Positions 11,833 to 22,793 of a stretch of DNA of 64,000 bases are shown here, piece after piece (the stretch's first letter is position 1; the number at the start of each line of letters is the position of its first letter). The translations under genes were made by a program, and so were the position numbers. The stretch comes from Azolla caroliniana (taxonomy: Eukaryota; Plantae; Polypodiophyta). The notes under the pieces were generated by a model. The model was given only the letters and a program-made list of their open reading frames with translations. It did not search any database and was not told the DNA's origin. The stretch spans positions 13,082,001 to 13,146,000 of the forward strand of contig JBHGNT010000002.1 of assembly GCA_043228905.1 (NCBI GenBank), given 5' to 3'.

Positions 11833-14800
11833 ATGATGGATAAAGGCATGGTGAGCTCGCTTCCAACAGAGAAGCTCGACAGAACCAACTATGCGTCTTG
11901 GTCCTACAAGATGCACCAGTACTTGCTCGGGCACGACTACTGGAGTTATGTCGAAGGAGCTAATGACGCGGCACCCGAATCGACACACAGAGACTTCCCG
12001 TCGTGGGAGGAATCAGCGAGCAGGGTATTATACTGCTTCGCATCGTGTGTGGGCGAACAACTATTGAGCTATGTTCGGGATGCAAAGACACTGAAGGGTG
12101 CGTGGGAAAATCTGAAGAAGATTTTCGCCGGGAGCACAACAACCAGGAAGCTTCAGCTCCGACAGGAGTTGAGCAACCTACGACAACGCAACTTGTCGGT
12201 GGCGGACTATACCTCGAAGATCAAGGATATCTGCGACTCCCTCGCCTCCATAGGGGTGAACATCGAGGAGAGCGAGATGGTCTAGATCTGTCTCGGAGGT
12301 TTGGCGTCGAAGTTCGGAGCGTTCCGAACGGCTGTGTGTACCCGGGAGAATACGCTGTCCTTTTTCGACTTACAGTTGATGCTCCTGGTAGAGGAGAACC
12401 ACGCGGGTGCATCTACAAGCACGCACACCGACAGTAGAATGTTGTACACGAAGGGAGATAGGCCCCGTGGACGTGGAGGACGAGGCGAATCGGCACGCAA
12501 TGGAGGCGGCCGACGTGATCAAGAAAGAAGGCACCGAAGTGATGCCGACAGCAACTCCGAACCCTCCGGAAACAGGGGGAGTCGAAGCGATGAGAACCGG
12601 CAAGGGAAGTCCATCGCGGAGTGCTGGTACTATGGCAAGAAAGGCCATAGGGAAAGCGAGTGTTGGAAGAAGCGCGCCAATTCGGAGAGAACTGGTTCCA
12701 GGAACGGCTCCAGACATACCGACAAGGGAAATCGGCAGCGATCGCACTACGCCGAAGACTCCGGGAGAGCCGGAGAAGGGACTGCCTTCGTGACGAGACA
12801 CGAAGCAAACTCAATGAAGCAGACCACCCCGAGATCGGACGAGGTGTGGTACGTAGACTCCGGCGCGTCAAACCACATGACGAGCCATAAGGAGTGGTTC
12901 TTGTACCTTGAAAAGCCGATACAACTTGGAGTAGTCGCAACAGGAGACAACACTCCGCATCCGATCGCGAATGTCGGAGAAGATCCCCTTAGCCATGTCG
13001 GGCAGAAAGGGAAACTCATGAACGTGTTGCACGTCCCGACAATCACGAAAAACTTGGTCTCGGTCGGACAGATCGTCGACTAAGGGATGGAGGTTCGGTT
13101 TACACACCTCGGGTGCTTCATTGAGGAAGAAGGCCGTGTGATTGTGCAAGGGCGCAGAGACGGGAGGATGTTCATCCTCAACTCCACTGACGGTGGCACC
13201 GCAAGGTTCGCGAAGGGACAAAAGATCGAGTCGGACATCGACTGGTGGCACAAGCGGATAGGCCACGTCAACCACCAACGGCTTCAAGATCTGTAATCGA
13301 AACAGGTAGTGTTCGGATTGCCCAAATTTAGTGGCTGAAAGGCACAAATTTGTGAAGCCTGCTAGCTCGGGAAGCAACACCGACTTCCCTTCCCCAACGA
13401 GCGAAACCGGAGCCGGAACAAGCTCGACCTTATACACTCCGATGTATGGGGGTCGGCACAAAACGTTAGTCTTGGCGGGAGCCGATATTTCGTCTCGTTC
13501 ATCGACGACCACACGCGGCACACGTGGATCTACCTCATTGAGAGGAAGAGCGAAGTCTTTGATTGTTTCCGGGACCTCAAAGGGTTTGTGGAAGCCGAAA
13601 CGGGACGAAAGATCAAGTGCCTGCGGTCGGATGGCGGAAAAGAGTACTTTTCCGGTCAATTCAACGGTTACCTACAACAAATGGGAATTCGGCGCGAATT
13701 CAGTTGTAGATACACGCCAGAGCAGAACGACGTGGCCGAAAGAAAGAATCGGTCAGTTGTGGAAGCAACACGGGCGATGCTGGAGGAGAAGAGCTTGCCC
13801 AAGTTCTACTGGGCCGAGGCGGTAAGGACCGCGGTATACATCCAGAACCGGATCGGAGACAAAGTGTCTGCGAACGAGCTATATTTCGGAACGAAGCCGA
13901 ACTTGCGACACTTGAGGGTGTTCGGTAGCATTGCGTATGTGCATGTACCGAAGGAGAAAAGGAGGAAGCTGGACGCAAAGGCTGAGAAGTGCATCTTGGT
14001 CGGTTACTCGGACGAGCAGAAGGGTTATAAGTGTTATAACCCTCGCACCAAACAAGCGCGTGTCAGCCGCGACGTGGTGTTTGACGAGTCCGCGTCCTGG
14101 TACCTGCCACGGACTACGAACCTCGACTCCAATCCGAGCTCTAACGATGAGGTCAGGGAGGCCGAGATGCCTCCGAATGAGCCTGAAATCAAGACCCGCG
14201 AAGAGAGTCTGATTTCACTCCGGTTAAGTGGACCGATTGGACGACTGAGTCGGTGCGACCAGTCCGATGAGGAGCCGGTGAGTAGTGGAGACTCGGCCGT
14301 GCATTCCCTACGCAGTAAGCCGAGGAGATGGCTTACGCGCAAAGAGAAAGGGAAGAAGAAGGTGTCGGATTCCGGCACAGATAGGAACGAGTAAGACCGA
14401 CGTGAGTCCGACTCCGAGGGAACCGGTGACGGGTCTTTAAAGATGAAGACCGCATCGACCGAGAAGGCCTCAACATCGGCTAATGTGAGATTACGCCGAT
14501 CTACCCGCCAGAAGAACCCACTTGTGCGGTTCGGATACAACGAGTACATGGCGCATCATTATGCGTACATGACTCGTGTAGCGGAAGTGCGTGAGCCGGA
14601 GAGCTACGCAGAAGCGGCTAAAGACGCGAATTGGCGTGCCGCGATGGAGGAAGAGATGCACGCATTGGCGGAGAACGAGACTTGGGACCTGGTTGAAGCC
14701 GATCGGGTGTAGATGGGTGTACAAAGTCAAGTACAACACTGATGGCTCAGTCAACCGGTACAAGGCTCGGCTAGTGGCAAAGGGCTACGTGCAGAAACAC

Positions 14801-15573
14801 AGCATCGACTACGATGAGACGTTTGCACCAGTCGCGAAAATGACGACCGTCCGTGTTTTGCTCGCAGTAGCCGCGGCCAAGGGGTGGCACTTACATCAGA
14901 TGGATGTAAAGAATGCGTTCCTGCAAGGTGACCTTGAGGAACAAGTGTACATGGTACAGCCCCCCGGATTTCACTTTGGAACGAACTCCTCGGCAGTATG
15001 CCGACTGAAGAAGTCCCTTTACGGACTGAAGCAAGCCCCGCGTGCCTGGAACGCGAAGATCACACAACAACTGCGTCGGATGGGCTTCGTCACGTCAAAA
15101 TCGGACTCTTCCCTGTTCATCTGGAAAGGTCGACTCGTACCGGTTAGTATTTTACTATATGTTGATGACTTGGTCATCACCGGCACCGACCTCGGTGAAA
15201 TCGACCGCGTGAAGCTCCAACTTGCGGCATCGTTCGACATGAAGGATCTGGGTGACCTTCATTACTTCCTTGGGATCAAAGTGATCCGTACCCCCGAAGG
15301 CATATTGATTAGCCAACATCATTATGTGCTGAGTATGCTCTTCAAACTCGGGATGGCCGACTGTAAGTCCGTCTTGACTCCTCTGGACAGAACCATCAAG
15401 CTTCGTCCCGATACGGGAAAGGTATGCGACCCGACAAGGTTCCGACAAATTGTCGGAAGCCTCATATACTTGACCATCACCCGACCCGACCTCAGTTATC
15501 TGGTCGGGGTGATCAGTCAGTTCATGGCGCGACCTACCGAGGAGCACCTTCAGTGTGCGCAACGCATACTTCG
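11833..15573 (+). pseudogene. Copia C gag-pol, 5' part (gag, protease, integrase, RT)
   Basis: Motifs WYVDSGASNHM, LRSDGGKEY, YKARLVAKGY and YVDDL, with in-frame stops and frameshifts. It resumes at 24206 after Copia D. Confidence 0.92.
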
Positions 15574-16034
15574 TGTTGAGAACTCGAAGTTCCTTATGTC
15601 CGACGCTCGGCCACAACCGAGATTCTTTTCATACACAGAAAAACAGGTAATGAAACGCGACACAAAAGCAAGAGAGGAGAAATGGTACACAAGAGGTATA
15701 CGTGGAAAACCCCAAAATAGGGGAAAAAACCACGGCAGCCCACAAGCTGCAAACTGTCACTATGCAGAAATATACAACAGTGAGATCACCGAGGCAACGA
15801 CCTCGTGCTCTCAGATCTTCGCCACAGGCGGCGGTTATAACAAAGGCAACGACCTCGTCTCTCTCTCTCTCTCTCTCCGTCTCTCTATACAGTTACGCGC
15901 TCTGATTTCTTCTTGCACACAACAAGAAAGGAAAAATAACATGAATAACAACAACTAACTAAAAGTTTCCCCTAAGTCATATTTATACTAATATGACTTT
16001 TCGGCTATTTACAAAAATGTAGCCTTGATGGGCT

Positions 16035-16220
16035 TCATCCGGCTCTCCGCAGTCAGGCCTACACCATCCGACTCTCCGCAGTCGGGTACTCCTCATCCGG
16101 CTTTCTGCAGTCGGGCCTTCACCATCCGACTCTCCGCAGTCGGGTACTCCTCATCCGGTTCATACCGGGCGGGCCTACACCATCCGACTCTCCGAAGTCG
16201 GGTTCTCCCCATCCGGTTCA
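16035..16220. repeat. Tandem ~27-30-bp U3 repeats in the Copia D LTR (also 23940-24125)
   Basis: Repeated catccgactctccgcagtcggg units, each containing the inverted repeat CCGACT-N6-AGTCGG. Confidence 0.85.
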
Positions 16221-16307
16221 TACCATTTCAACACTGTTCGTTTGTTCGTCGGCACTGTTCTTCTCCCTTCCCATCCGGAGGGACCTGTCTACCAACAAAC
16301 TCCCACT

Positions 16308-19109
16308 TCACTCCGGCATGGGGTGTCTTTCCAGCCCGATCCTCTTTCGGCATGCGTCCAGCTTGTCGGATGTCAGCACTTTGGTCAGCATATCTGACCC
16401 GTTCTCGGCCGTGTGAATCTTCGCTAGTGCGAACTCCTGGTCATCTACCCTTTCCCGGATCCAGTGATACCTCCGCTGGATATGCTTCATCCGAGAATGG
16501 TAGGCCGCATTCTTAGCAAGGTGGATGGCACTTTGACTGTCGCAGTAGAGTCGGTATTCCTCTTGTCGGATACCGAGCTCTCCGATGAAGTCCTTCATCC
16601 TTAATATTTCCTTGCCGGCTTCTACAGCCGCCATGTACTCCGCCTCTGTGGTTGATAATGCAACCGTCTTCTGCAGCCTCGACTGCCATGAAACAGCTCC
16701 CCCTGCATATGTCATCACATACCCGGATGTAGACCGGCTGGTATCCACATCAGCCGACATGTCCGAATCGGTGAAACCGTCCAGTTGAGGTTTCCCGGAG
16801 CCGAATCGGAGACACATATTTGAAGTGCCCTTCAAATACCGGAGTATCCACTTGACCGCATTCCAATGCTCCTTGCCGGGATTGCTCATAAACCAGCTCA
16901 CCACTCCGACTGCGTATCCAATGTCCGGTTGGGTACAAACCATTGCGTACATCAAGCTCCCGACGGCAGAGGCATATGGGATCTTCATCATATCTGCCTT
17001 CTCTCCTTTTGTCTTCGGGCTTTGCTTGCCGGACAACTTGCAGTTTGCCGGAAGTGTCGATCCGACCGATTTTGCATCTGACATGTTGAACCGGTGAAGC
17101 ACCTTTGTCACATACTTCTCCTGTGACAGCCATAGTTGCTTCACTGACCGGTCCCGAATGATGTGCATCCCCAACATTTGTCTTGCCGGACCCAGGTCTT
17201 TCATTGAGAAGGTCCGGTTGAGAGCCTTCTTCAGCATCCGAATTTTGCCTTTGTCTCGTCCGACGATCAACATGTCATCCACGTACAGGAGGAGTATCAG
17301 GAAGTCCCCTCCTTCGAACTTCTTCACAAACACGCAGTGATCGGCCTGCGTCTTGTGGTACCCTTGATCGGTCATGAAGGAGTCAAACTTCCGGTACCAT
17401 TGCCGGGGAGCCTGCTTCAGTCCGTACAGGCTCTTCTTCAACCGGCATACCAGGTGCTCCTTCCCTTTCTCCACAAATCCTTCCGGTTGCTGCATGTAGA
17501 TCTCCTCTTCGAGGTCGCCGTGAAGGAATGCCATCTTCACGTCCAGCTGCTCTACCTCAAGATCCATGCTTGCTGCTATACTCAGCACCGTCCGGATGGA
17601 GGTCATCTTTACTACCGGGGCGAATATTTCGTCGAAGTCCACGCCCTTCTTCTGCTGGAACCCCTTCACCACGATCCTGGCTTTGTATCTCGGGGGGTTG
17701 CCGGCATCTCCCGGTTTCAACTTGAATACCCACTTGTTTCGGAGTGCCCGCTTTCCTTTCGGCAGCTCCACCAATTCGTACGTATGGTTCTCATGCAGGG
17801 AATCCATCTCATCCTGCATGGCACTTAACCATTTTCGGCTGTGGGTGTCAACCTTCGCTTCTTCGAAGCTTTCCGGCTCCCCCTCATCGGTTAGCAGGAC
17901 ATGCTCTGCATCCGGAAATCTCCGGGGCGCCCTTCTCTCTCTCAGAGGATATCTACGTCTTCGGGCTTCGGTAATCGGTTCCTCCATTTGCTCTTCATCC
18001 GAATCTGATTCGGGGTCTTGACCGGTTCCGGTCTCAGCTTCCTCTACTTCTTCTTCTGCCGGTTCGGTATCCTCACCGTAACCGGCTGGTTCTTCGAGTG
18101 CTAACCGGTCTCTTGCCGGTTGGGTCTGCTCATTGTAGAGTCTATCCTTACTGGTCGACTCGGAGTTCACTATCTTCTTCTCCGACTCCCAGTCGGCGAG
18201 CGTCTTGTCCTCCATGAAGATAATATCTCGACTCCGGAATACCTTCTTGTCGATCGGGTCCCACACTCGGTAGCCGAACTCATCGTCACCGTAACCGAGG
18301 AATATGCATGGCCGGGTCTTTGGATCTAGCTTTCCTCTCCGGTCCTGTGCTACATGCACGTACGCGAGACACCCGAACACCCTCAGATGCCGGTAGGACA
18401 CTTCCTTACCGGTCCATACTCTCTGTGGCGTGTCTCCGTCCAAGGGTACTGAGGGTGATTTGTTTATCACATATGTCGTCGTCGACAGTGCCTCAGCCCA
18501 AAACTTCTTGGGTAGTTTTGCATGCGCTAGCATACTCCGGACCCTCTCCATTATGGTCCGGTTCATCCTCTCGGCCAGTCCGTTTAGCTCCAGCGTCTTT
18601 GGCACGGTAAATTCGAGCCGGATTCCCTTCGAGCGGCAGTACTCCTCGAACTGCCCCCGGTACTCACCTCCGTTATCTGCTCGAACCGCCTTCAGCTTCC
18701 GGCCGGTTTCTCTTTCCACTCTCGCGTGGAGCTCTTTGAAGACGGATAACACCTGATCCTTTGTCTTCAGCGGTGTGGCCCACAGCTTCCGGCTGTGGTC
18801 ATCTATGAACGTCACGAAGTACTGCGCTCCGGCATGTGACTTCGTGTCTACTTGACAAACATCCGTATGCACCAACTCCAGTGGTGCATTACGTCTCATC
18901 GGTGGCCTTGGTCGGAAGGAGGTCCGGTTCTGCTTACCGGCCAGACAATCAGTGCACTTCTCTAAATGCACGTTCTTCACTGGGATGAGGTTGTCGTCTG
19001 CAAGCCTCTTCATCCCCTTCTCACTCATGTGACATAGCCTCTTGTGCCACAGCTCACCGGCAGTGTCGGAAGCCACGTTCACTTCTTCCGGACATAACCG
19101 GGTATTCAT
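16308..19109 (-). CDS. Copia D pol (GAG-pre-integrase, integrase, RT, RNase H); reading frame intact
   Basis: 933-aa ORF with LWHKRLCH...CTDC, D,D35E, YVDDML and FTDSD motifs. The frame continues with 22794-23641 (IVARAR|KVNT) when N1 is removed. Confidence 0.92.
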   Translation of the reverse strand: MNTRLCPEEVNVASDTAGELWHKRLCHMSEKGMKRLADDNLIPVKNVHLEKCTDCLAGKQNRTSFRPRPPMRRNAPLELVHTDVCQVDTKSHAGAQYFVTFIDDHSRKLWATPLKTKDQVLSVFKELHARVERETGRKLKAVRADNGGEYRGQFEEYCRSKGIRLEFTVPKTLELNGLAERMNRTIMERVRSMLAHAKLPKKFWAEALSTTTYVINKSPSVPLDGDTPQRVWTGKEVSYRHLRVFGCLAYVHVAQDRRGKLDPKTRPCIFLGYGDDEFGYRVWDPIDKKVFRSRDIIFMEDKTLADWESEKKIVNSESTSKDRLYNEQTQPARDRLALEEPAGYGEDTEPAEEEVEEAETGTGQDPESDSDEEQMEEPITEARRRRYPLRERRAPRRFPDAEHVLLTDEGEPESFEEAKVDTHSRKWLSAMQDEMDSLHENHTYELVELPKGKRALRNKWVFKLKPGDAGNPPRYKARIVVKGFQQKKGVDFDEIFAPVVKMTSIRTVLSIAASMDLEVEQLDVKMAFLHGDLEEEIYMQQPEGFVEKGKEHLVCRLKKSLYGLKQAPRQWYRKFDSFMTDQGYHKTQADHCVFVKKFEGGDFLILLLYVDDMLIVGRDKGKIRMLKKALNRTFSMKDLGPARQMLGMHIIRDRSVKQLWLSQEKYVTKVLHRFNMSDAKSVGSTLPANCKLSGKQSPKTKGEKADMMKIPYASAVGSLMYAMVCTQPDIGYAVGVVSWFMSNPGKEHWNAVKWILRYLKGTSNMCLRFGSGKPQLDGFTDSDMSADVDTSRSTSGYVMTYAGGAVSWQSRLQKTVALSTTEAEYMAAVEAGKEILRMKDFIGELGIRQEEYRLYCDSQSAIHLAKNAAYHSRMKHIQRRYHWIRERVDDQEFALAKIHTAENGSDMLTKVLTSDKLDACRKRIGLERHPMPE

Positions 19110-19239
19110 CAGGTACAGTGTGTTTACCTTCCGGTGTCGTAGTGTATTTCGTACACTACGTGAAAAAGTAAAAATAATATAACCGATTTAATTACATATA
19201 AATAAATAAAATAATATATCAAGATATTTATCACGTGCA

Positions 19240-19308
19240 TAGGGCAAGATTCGAACCTTGTACCTCCACGTAACCAAACCTCAACTTTACCATTATGCTA
19301 CCTTATCT
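19240..19308 (-). ncRNA. tRNA-like Pol III cassette in N-family LTR (also ~22109-22177 and ~59805-59873)
   Basis: The minus strand reads GATAAGG TAGCATAATGG (box A) ...GGAGGTACAA GGTTCGAATC (box B) TTGCCCTA, with a 32-nt A-B spacer and T-runs ~30 nt downstream. Confidence 0.6.
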
Positions 19309-19862
19309 TTAGTGTTTTATAAATAGATTTAATAACTATAAGTGCTTTATTTGCGCCTACCTTTATTAAAAGGTAAATCATGTATTTTTAGAGTGCGTGA
19401 ATATTTTATAGGAAAACGCAAGCAACTAAAAAGTGACTCATGCACATCTAGCGTGCATGAGCACTATATTTAGCAAATAAAAGCAAGGATTAGAAAAGCA
19501 TCACATGCACATTTAGTGTGCATGAACATATTAGAAAAAAAGCATGTAGCTATGCTTAGTCTCTCCCATCACTATATAAGGATGGGGAGCACATTGTAGT
19601 TTTTGTTGATTATTTTTCTATAATGATCAATCAATCTAAAATATTCGTGGGATTCACGAATTTGCTAAAATAATTTTCTCTTACTACCTAAATATTGACT
19701 AAATATACTAAACTCGTGGGATTCACGAGATTTTTATCTTATAACTCTTTATACCTATTCTTTACTAGCCTTATTTGTATTTTTCTTTTCTCCTAGTCCA
19801 AAACCCCGGTGGTTCCCACCTGACTCACGCAAACGATCCGGAGCCGAAAGGCACGACACAGT

Positions 19863-19880
19863 TGGTGAACCCGATGTGAA
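19863..19880 (+). promoter_or_regulatory. Primer-binding site complementary to tRNA-Trp (also 60429-60446)
   Basis: TGGTGAACCCGATGTGAA versus the complement of the plant tRNA-Trp(CCA) 3' end as I recall it (TGGTGAACCCGACGTGAA): 17/18, and the mismatch allows G:U. Confidence 0.8.
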
Positions 19881-19896
19881 GGCGGGTGGCAAGGAG

Positions 19897-20931
19897 ATGG
19901 AGAATCAACAAGATGCAATGAGCATAACGATGATTATGATGTTCGAGCGGATGCTACAAGAACAACGAGTGATGTCGGAGATCACGGGGGCAGTAAAGCG
20001 GCTCGTGCGACGAAACGGGGAATTCAACGGTAAGGGTGTGTCACGCTACCTACGTGAATATAAGGCGGAGATGATGCAATATCGGATACCGGAAGGATTG
20101 CAAGTGATATCCTTTAGTCGGGTGGCCTCGGACGAACTACAAGAGAGAATCCACAAGATACAACAACAAAACTCGACATGGGAGTCCTTTGAAGAAGCTT
20201 TACGGGAGACATATGACTATGAGAGATGGACGGGACGAGATCGACGAGAATTCGACGAATGGGTGGCGTCGGAGAAGACTCACCGAAGTGCAACGCAAGC
20301 GTTCCTAGAGTTCGAGCATCGTTTTGCTCGACTCTCGGAGCGGGAACGAAGATTGGTGGGAGAAGATAAAGTCTTAATGTTCGTAAGATCGATCGATCGG
20401 AAAGAAAGGATGGACATTGGGATCGAACTCGAAGATGATGACGGTGCGAATGGTCTTACCGAAGATTGGGCCGAAGTCCAAAGGGTATGCCGGAGACATG
20501 ATGAGAGGAAGATGAGAATCTTGTCAACGACATGGCCAATGAAGGATGGTCGATTGAAGACAAACGATGGAGCCGATATGAAGGCCGAAATACAACATGA
20601 TGGTGTGACGGAAGAGGGTGTAAAACAAGCTACCCTCTTGTCTTGCGAAAGAACGACGGCGAAGGATAAGGCCGATAACCCAAGTGTAGAAGAAGATTTC
20701 GGAATACAAGTGTCCGAAACATCGGGTGAAAAAGGGGTAAGCATAATTGATGTTTGCATAATTGATGCAGTGAAAGAGAGCAAGGAGGACTTGATTGAGG
20801 AGGTCGCCACGAAAGATGACATCGAATCGAAGGTGGCTGGCTATGGACGAATCAACGACGGATGGCCATATCGAGACTTCCCCACCACTGATTCTAGAGA
20901 CTCCGGCGGTTGCGTTCGAAAGGCAACGTGA
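19897..20931 (+). CDS. Gag-like (capsid) protein of N1
   Basis: First ATG at 19897. GEFNGKGVSRYLREY...TWESFEEALRETY resembles Gypsy gag capsid. A near-identical ORF starts at 60463. Confidence 0.65.
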   Translation: MENQQDAMSITMIMMFERMLQEQRVMSEITGAVKRLVRRNGEFNGKGVSRYLREYKAEMMQYRIPEGLQVISFSRVASDELQERIHKIQQQNSTWESFEEALRETYDYERWTGRDRREFDEWVASEKTHRSATQAFLEFEHRFARLSERERRLVGEDKVLMFVRSIDRKERMDIGIELEDDDGANGLTEDWAEVQRVCRRHDERKMRILSTTWPMKDGRLKTNDGADMKAEIQHDGVTEEGVKQATLLSCERTTAKDKADNPSVEEDFGIQVSETSGEKGVSIIDVCIIDAVKESKEDLIEEVATKDDIESKVAGYGRINDGWPYRDFPTTDSRDSGGCVRKAT

Positions 20932-21300
20932 GACCGAAGAGACGGAAGGTGGCGGAGAGAAAACAAAGGTCGAAGTCGATGCATACGACGGAGAGATAGC
21001 CGAGAATATGGCTATGGGTGAAACAATGGAGGATGATAATACCGAGGATTCCTACCCACTAATCCTAGAGACTCCGGCGGTTGCGATCGAAAGGCAACGT
21101 GAGACCGAAGAGACGGAAGGTGGCGGAGAGAAATCAAAGGTTGAAGCTGATGCGTATGACGGAGAGACAACCGAGAATATGGCTATGGGTGAAACAACGG
21201 AGGATGATAATACCGAGGATTCCTACCCACTAATTCTAGAGACTTCGGCGGTTGTGTCCGAGAACCAACGTGAAACCGGAGAGACGGGAGGTGGCAGCAA
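20885..21300 (+). repeat. 171-bp tandem repeat (~2.5 copies) encoding a 57-aa acidic unit
   Basis: PLILETPAVA.ERQRETEETEGGGEK.KVE.DAYDGE..ENMAMGET.EDDNTEDSY is repeated in ORF 20795-21454. Confidence 0.9.
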
Positions 21301-22793
21301 GAAAGGTAAAGTCGGAAGCCGGTTCGGATGGAAGGTGATCCGGACGGGATTCCGATCCGAAAGAAAGCCGAACCGGGCGAATGAGGATTCGGCCGAAAGA
21401 CGACCCAAAAGAAAGCCGACCCGAAAAGGGGTCGACTCGGTCAAAACCGATTGACTGAGTCTGACTTGGCCGAACGCGAATATGGATGGAGGCCGACCTA
21501 GCCGAAAGCCGATCGGACGAGACCGATCCAAAAAGAAGCTAATCCGACTCAACCGGAGGTTGGACCGGTCGAGGCTGGTGAAAACGAGGAAAAGAAAGCC
21601 AACCGAAACCGAAACCGATAGATCGAAACCGGGGCGGAAGGAGACCGACTCAATCGAAACCGAACAACCGATTCCGATTCGGCCGAATATGAATCCGATC
21701 GGACGCCGATCAAACCGAAAGTCGATCGGACGAGAGCGATCCGGAAAAAAGTCAAGGTTGATGAAGACAACAAAGAGGCCAGTAAAAGACACTACCACGA
21801 ATGACAAGGGCCAAGAATATGACGAGAGAGAACAAAGAATATGGTGGATCGGATGGCGACAATGGTTCGGGTGGAAAGAATGGGTCTACTCAAAATGGAG
21901 AGACAAAGTTAACATAGCGGGACAAACGGAGGATGAAGGGGAGACAACGAGCATTGGCAACTTCGGCACATACCGGAGGATGTGCGGGTTCGGAGGGGGC
22001 GAGTGTCGTAGTGTATTTCGTACACTACGTGAAAAAGTAAAAATAATATAACCGATTTAATTACATATAAATAAATAAAATAATATATCAAGATATTTAT
22101 CACGTGCATAGGGCAAGATTCGAACCTTGTACCTCCACGTAGCCAAACCTCAACTTTACCATTATGCTACCTTATCTTTAGTGTTCTATAAATAGATTTA
22201 ATAACTATAAGTGCTTTATTTGCGCCTACCTTTATTAAAAGGTAAATCATGTATTTTTAGAGTGCGTGAATATTTTATAGGAAAACGCAAGCAACTAAAA
22301 AGTGACTCATGCACATCTAGCGTGCATGAGCACTATATTTAGCAAATAAAAGCAAGGATTAGAAAAGCATCACATGCACATTTAGTGTGCATGAACATAT
22401 GAGAAAAAGCATGTAGCTATGCTTAGTCTCTCCCATCACTACATAAGGATGGGGAGCACAATGTAATAGGTGTGTGAAATATTTGGAAATTGGATATATT
22501 TCCGAAAACACCAACCGATTAATATAATCGTGGGATTCACGAAAATAATATAATCTATACTTGTGGGATTCACAAGTTTCTTATATCTTTCTTTCAATCT
22601 AAATACATATTCTTATCTAAATATTGATTAATCGATTACAATACACTCGTGGGATTCACGAGATTCTTATCTTATAACTCTTTATACCTATTCTTTACTA
22701 GCCTTATTTGTATTCTTCTTTCTCCTAGTCCAAAACCTCGGCGGTTCCCACCCGACTCACGCAACGATCCGGAGCCGAAAGGCACGACACCGG

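Larger units (their letters stand above)
19135..22789 (+). mobile_element. N1: non-autonomous gag-only LTR element; LTRs 19135-19858 and 22004-22789; 4-bp TSD CCGG
   Basis: TGTCGT...ACGACA termini. ccgg at 19131-19134 and 22790-22793. PBS at 19863-19880. PPT ggagggggcgag at 21992-22003. No PR, RT, RH or IN motifs. Confidence 0.92.

Noticed and set aside
14591-15958. 455-aa RT ORF with a novel C-terminal tail
   Set aside because: The tail is read-through into the antisense Copia D LTR after 15573.
19240-19308. Functional tRNA gene
   Set aside because: The anticodon and D stems do not pair and the acceptor stem is partial. It is kept only as a tRNA-like promoter cassette.
19643-22662. Repeated cgtgggattcacg with variable spacers looking like a CRISPR array
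   Set aside because: The repeat is only ~13-19 bp, has 2-3 copies per LTR with irregular spacing, lies in a eukaryotic LTR and has no cas genes.
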